This document shows, one piece after another, positions 60,276 to 64,000 of a DNA stretch of 64,000 bases (position 1 is the stretch's first letter; the number at the start of each line of letters is the position of its first letter). This DNA comes from Leucoraja ocellata (lineage: Eukaryota). The stretch spans positions 6,262,001 to 6,326,000 of the forward strand of contig JAWMAR010000069.1 of NCBI GenBank assembly GCA_036785375.1, in the 5' to 3' direction. Position numbers and translations under genes: made by a program. Under the pieces are notes generated by a model. It did not search any database. It saw only the letters and a program-made list of their open reading frames with translations, and was not told where the DNA came from.

Positions 60276-60730
60276 GATGTATGTTCAGGAACTGCATGGG
60301 TCTGTCACATCTTACCAGCACCAAACCAACCTCCCTTCCTTTGACTCCATTTAGTTTGTTGACACGTGTACCGAGGTACAGTGAAAAGCTTTTGTTGCGT
60401 GCTAACCGCTCAGCAGAATGACAATACACAATTACAATCCATCTATTTACAATGTATAGATACTGTACATGATAAGGGAATTAAGTTTAGTGCAAGATAA
60501 AGCCAACAAAGTCCAATCAATTATGGAATTAAAAAGATGGGACATCTCTATAGGAAAGGCAGACTTTTTCAGATATTTACAATTTAGAGATTATGTTAAA
60601 TCAAATACACAAGATTATAGAACTAGAGATCCAGAAACTCTTGATGAATGTTTGAATAAACATACTAATACAGATAAATGAATATCTCATATTTATAATA
60701 CCTTAGATAGTGAGGTCCCACCGACAGAAT

Positions 60731-60735
<5 letters not shown>

Positions 60736-60810
<75 letters not shown>
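60736..60810. repeat. (TAA)n microsatellite
   Basis: Direct reading. Confidence 0.97.
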
Positions 60811-61753
60811 TATAAATTTTATTTTCGGGAGCCTTTCAAATCTCAAGGACACCTTACAAAGATTAACAGAAGAGAAAAAAACATATAGTCGGAGAAAAAA
60901 TAAATAATAAGGACATCATCAATATACAAATTAAAGATAGAAATCGCTCCAAAGACACAAAATCAAAAAAATCAAAAAACACGATGTGAAGAGAGAGCAG
61001 CGGCAGCTAAAGCGCGCCAGCGTCCACTCTCCCTTCCGACAGCCATCTTGGACACAGACTAACATAGTAATTACACACAGAAAAATCATCCCCCCACAGT
61101 GGCAACACAGTGGCACAAAGTCCAGTCCCCAACCCCAGTTCTCCCAAAGGTCAGGCCTATTGAAGCCACCGCTATTGCCTCTATGGAGGTGGAGTTGCCC
61201 CGGCATCAGGAGAGTCCTCACAGTGGCTGGGCCACCTGGAACGGCCGCTTCCTAGCTGGGGATTGTCGGCTTCCAAAGCCAACAGGGACGTACCGGGTTG
61301 GAGCTCCCAGGCTCCCGATGTTAAAGTCGGCGCCGCCCGCTCCGCTCCGCAGACCCGCAGCCTGGAGGTGTTGATCACGGCGGTCAGAGCTCACCGGAGC
61401 TCCAGCGCGTCAAATCAGCGCGCGACCCAGGCAAGGCATCGCCCGTTCCGCTCCACGATAGCGCTCCAGCGCTGTGCCGCCAACGAAGCCGAGGTGCTGG
61501 GCGGTCCCCGCCAGGAAACGGCGCTCCAAGCCCGCTGGTAGGCCATGAGGACGGGTCGATGGGCAGCCCGGAGAAAAAGCTGCCTCATCGACCAGGTAGG
61601 GACCTAGAAGTAAGATTACCTCCTTCCCCCCCACATTAAGAAGTCAATTTCTCCTACAAACGAAAAACAAGACTTACTAAGAACTGAAAAAAAAATGGAT
61701 TAAACGGACGGGTGCTGGTTAGCAGCCGTTCCCCAAGGTGACTCCTCCTCCGA
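60736..61753 (-). mobile_element. GC-rich non-autonomous retroelement with (TAA)n end, nested in L1
   Basis: Removing it restores the L1 frame (gaa tta tat | aga caa aca tgg gaa); shares blocks with the 41655 and 54578 elements. Confidence 0.75.
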
Positions 61754-62399
61754 AGACAAACATGGGAAAATGAATTAGGCCAACCTATAATGAAAGATAT
61801 TTGGGACGAAAGTTTACAACACATGCTCGTTAAATGCCAGACATCTTTTAAGACTTACAACAAGCCAAAGAAACTTTCTTGACTATAGTATAATAACTGG
61901 GAAAAAATTAATATTAAAATTTTGGAAAGGTCCTATAACCCACACAATTAAAATGTGGATTATGGAAATGTCGGAGACCTTACATTTGGAAAGAACGAGG
62001 CTTGTCTTAATTGACAAACAAGAATTATTTGTTAGAATATGGTCTTAATTTATTGACTTTTTGAAGGGGTAAATTGGTCCAGCACGGGAATCTGACTGAA
62101 GCGCAAACTCAGGATTAGATGAATAGTTATGTTTTATAACCTACCTCCAATGTTGTATTATTGGTAAATTACTCCATTCTTCTTATCATGCTTTTTTTTT
62201 TCTTTCTTACTTTCTATCTATAAAAAAATATATATATATTATGAAAGTCCAATCAAGGATAGTCTGAGGGTCATCGAAGAGGTAGATAGTGCCTCTTTGA
62301 TCTACCTACACTTACACTTCACTCTGAAAATTATAGGCCAGTGAGTCTTAAATCACTGGTATGGAAATTACTGGTGAATATGTTAGAGAAATGATTTAC

Positions 62400-63040
62400 T
62401 TGTATTGAGTAAAGATAAACTAATCATGAATAACCATCATGGATATCCTGTCTATCAAATTTGATTGAATTGTTTGAGGAGACACAGATGATTGAACATG
62501 ATAGGGATGGCTTGTTTAGTTTAGTTTAGTTTAGAGATACAGCGTGGAAACAGACCCTTTGGCCCATCTTATCCGCAATCCCCACACAATAACACAAGTC
62601 CTACACACGAAGGGACAATTTACAATTATACCAAGCCAATTAACCTACAAACCTGTACATCTTTGGAGTGTGGGTGGAAACAGGAGTCTCCAGAGGTGAC
62701 GTCATCTACAGTATTTGACCAAATCCCACATGTTAGGTTGAGTCAGAAGATGAAGTCACAAGGATCCATGATGCGTTATAAAGTTGAATATAAAATTGGC
62801 TTGGTCATAGAACACAGAGGTAGTGGCGGAGTGTGTTTTTCTGACAAGGTCCATGACCAGTGCAATTCTGCAAAGATCAATGCTGGGACTTCTGGTGTTT
62901 GTAATGATTTGGATGAAAATGTCGGTGGTCTGATTAGTGAGTTTACAGACATCCCAAAAATTGACAGAAAGGTGGATATTGAGGAAGGTTGTCAAATGAT
63001 AAAGCAGGATACAGAGCAGTATGAAACTTCCGTGGAAAAA
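62400..63040 (+). mobile_element. Degenerate CR1 RT fragment interrupted by HE1 SINE (62512-62695, minus)
   Basis: SCLSNLIELFE, FD.IPH.RL..K, NDLDENVGGLISEFTD.PK. Confidence 0.8.
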
Positions 63041-63522
63041 ATATCAGGTGGAGTGCTACTGCCTCACTACTACAGAGCCCTAGGTTTGATTTTGACCTTG
63101 TTTAGAATTTGCACATTCTCCCTGTGACCATGGAGATTTCTGATGCACACTTTTGGTTTCCTTGCATATCCCAAAATGTAAATGTAATCACCATATGCTG
63201 GTGATTTAATTGTCTACTGTAAATTATCTGTTGGTAGAGCTAATTAGCAAAGTAATTAAAGGAAAATTGATGAGCATCTGAGAAAGAATAAGAAGCAAGG
63301 ATAAAAGGAGAGGGAATAGTGTTGCTTTTCTGGAAGCAAACAGAGACTTGACAGGTTGAATAACCTTCTTTTAAGTTGTAATCTGTAGATGAGACACTGT
63401 TCAATGGAGAAGAAGCCTGCACTGGCTTGTATGAGTTGGATGATGAGTGGTAGGTATATTAGAACAACCCAGAGTTTCTGCAGCCACTGTTGGAACATCC
63501 GGTGGCGTTGTTGGAACTTCCA

Positions 63523-64000
63523 TATTGTACTTCCGGTGGCGCTGGTGCCAGCAGCCTCCACCTTCAGCCGGGTATCTTTTTGTTTTTTTGTTTTTTTAGT
63601 TATGTTGATGTGTGTTTTTTATGATTTTTTTTATGTTTTTATGTGGGGGAAGAGGGCACGGTGCGGGGGATACCGTCCTTCAGCCGCTTCCTGGTGAGGA
63701 CGAGACTATTATTCGAGTCACGTCCTCGCCCCCCCCAGCAGCCTACCTGGATTGGCGCAGCCTTTCCTGCCGGGATCGACCAGAGCTCCAGCAGCGGCGG
63801 GACAGCGCTGAAACATCGCGGGGCTGGTGATGCCTTACCGGGGGTCACCGTCTGGAGCCCGGAGTCCTGGACCTGCTGCACCGACATCATGGAGCTGCGG
63901 TTTGCAGAGCTCCCAACGCGGGCGGCGCTGATCAACAACGCGGGGTCCTGCGACTCTGCCCGGCTCGACCTGCAGACTCGGGAGCTGCGGACTCCGGCTG
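63523..64000 (+). mobile_element. GC-rich non-autonomous retroelement, same family as 41655-42578 (runs off window)
   Basis: Near-identical to the reverse complement of 42085-42578. Confidence 0.85.

Larger units (their letters stand above)
60521..62243 (+). mobile_element. L1-clade LINE 3' fragment with 13-bp TSD, inserted in a Rex1 tail
   Basis: aaagtccaatcaa at 60508-60520 and 62244-62256; DFFRYLQFRDYVK...ISHIY...ELY|RQTWENELG...IWDESL; A/T-rich end. Confidence 0.85.

Noticed and set aside
60710-60907. Poly-isoleucine ORF
   Set aside because: Translation of a (TAA)n microsatellite.
1-64000. Prokaryotic operon, defence system or CRISPR array
   Set aside because: Vertebrate repeat landscape, no gene-dense ORFs, and no repeat-spacer array.

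Overview
Eukaryotic, AT-rich non-coding DNA. The repeat content (HE1-type V-SINEs, HER1/CR1 LINEs, a SacSINE1-like DeuSINE) points to a cartilaginous fish, probably a skate or ray (inference). I found no convincing host protein-coding exon, so the window looks like a large intron or gene desert, and it has two N-gaps. A large share is transposon-derived: about 30 HE1 SINE copies, many CR1 and Rex1/Babar fragments, and Penelope-like (PLE) remnants (GIY-YIG endonuclease and RT pieces). There are also about 25 short PLE terminal-repeat copies carrying a minimal type I hammerhead ribozyme motif (CUGAAGA-A-stem II-GAAAC-GUC). Several of these are inserted as 85-230 bp units or fold-back hairpins with their own 10-14 bp target-site duplications (TSDs). 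Other elements are an internally deleted PIF/Harbinger (transposase and Myb/MADF pieces, TTA TSD), a Harbinger MITE, a hAT MITE, a 34-bp palindromic insert with an 8-bp TSD, a Tigger5/MER47-like element, a non-autonomous Helitron with nested tandem repeats, RTE, L1 and probable DIRS fragments, and a diverged family of GC-rich ORF-less retroelements with LINE-type tails. The most interesting items are the hammerhead-headed mini-elements and the GC-rich element superfamily. Family names come from motif recognition and recollection, not database searches. Boundaries are approximate unless a TSD or TIR is quoted.
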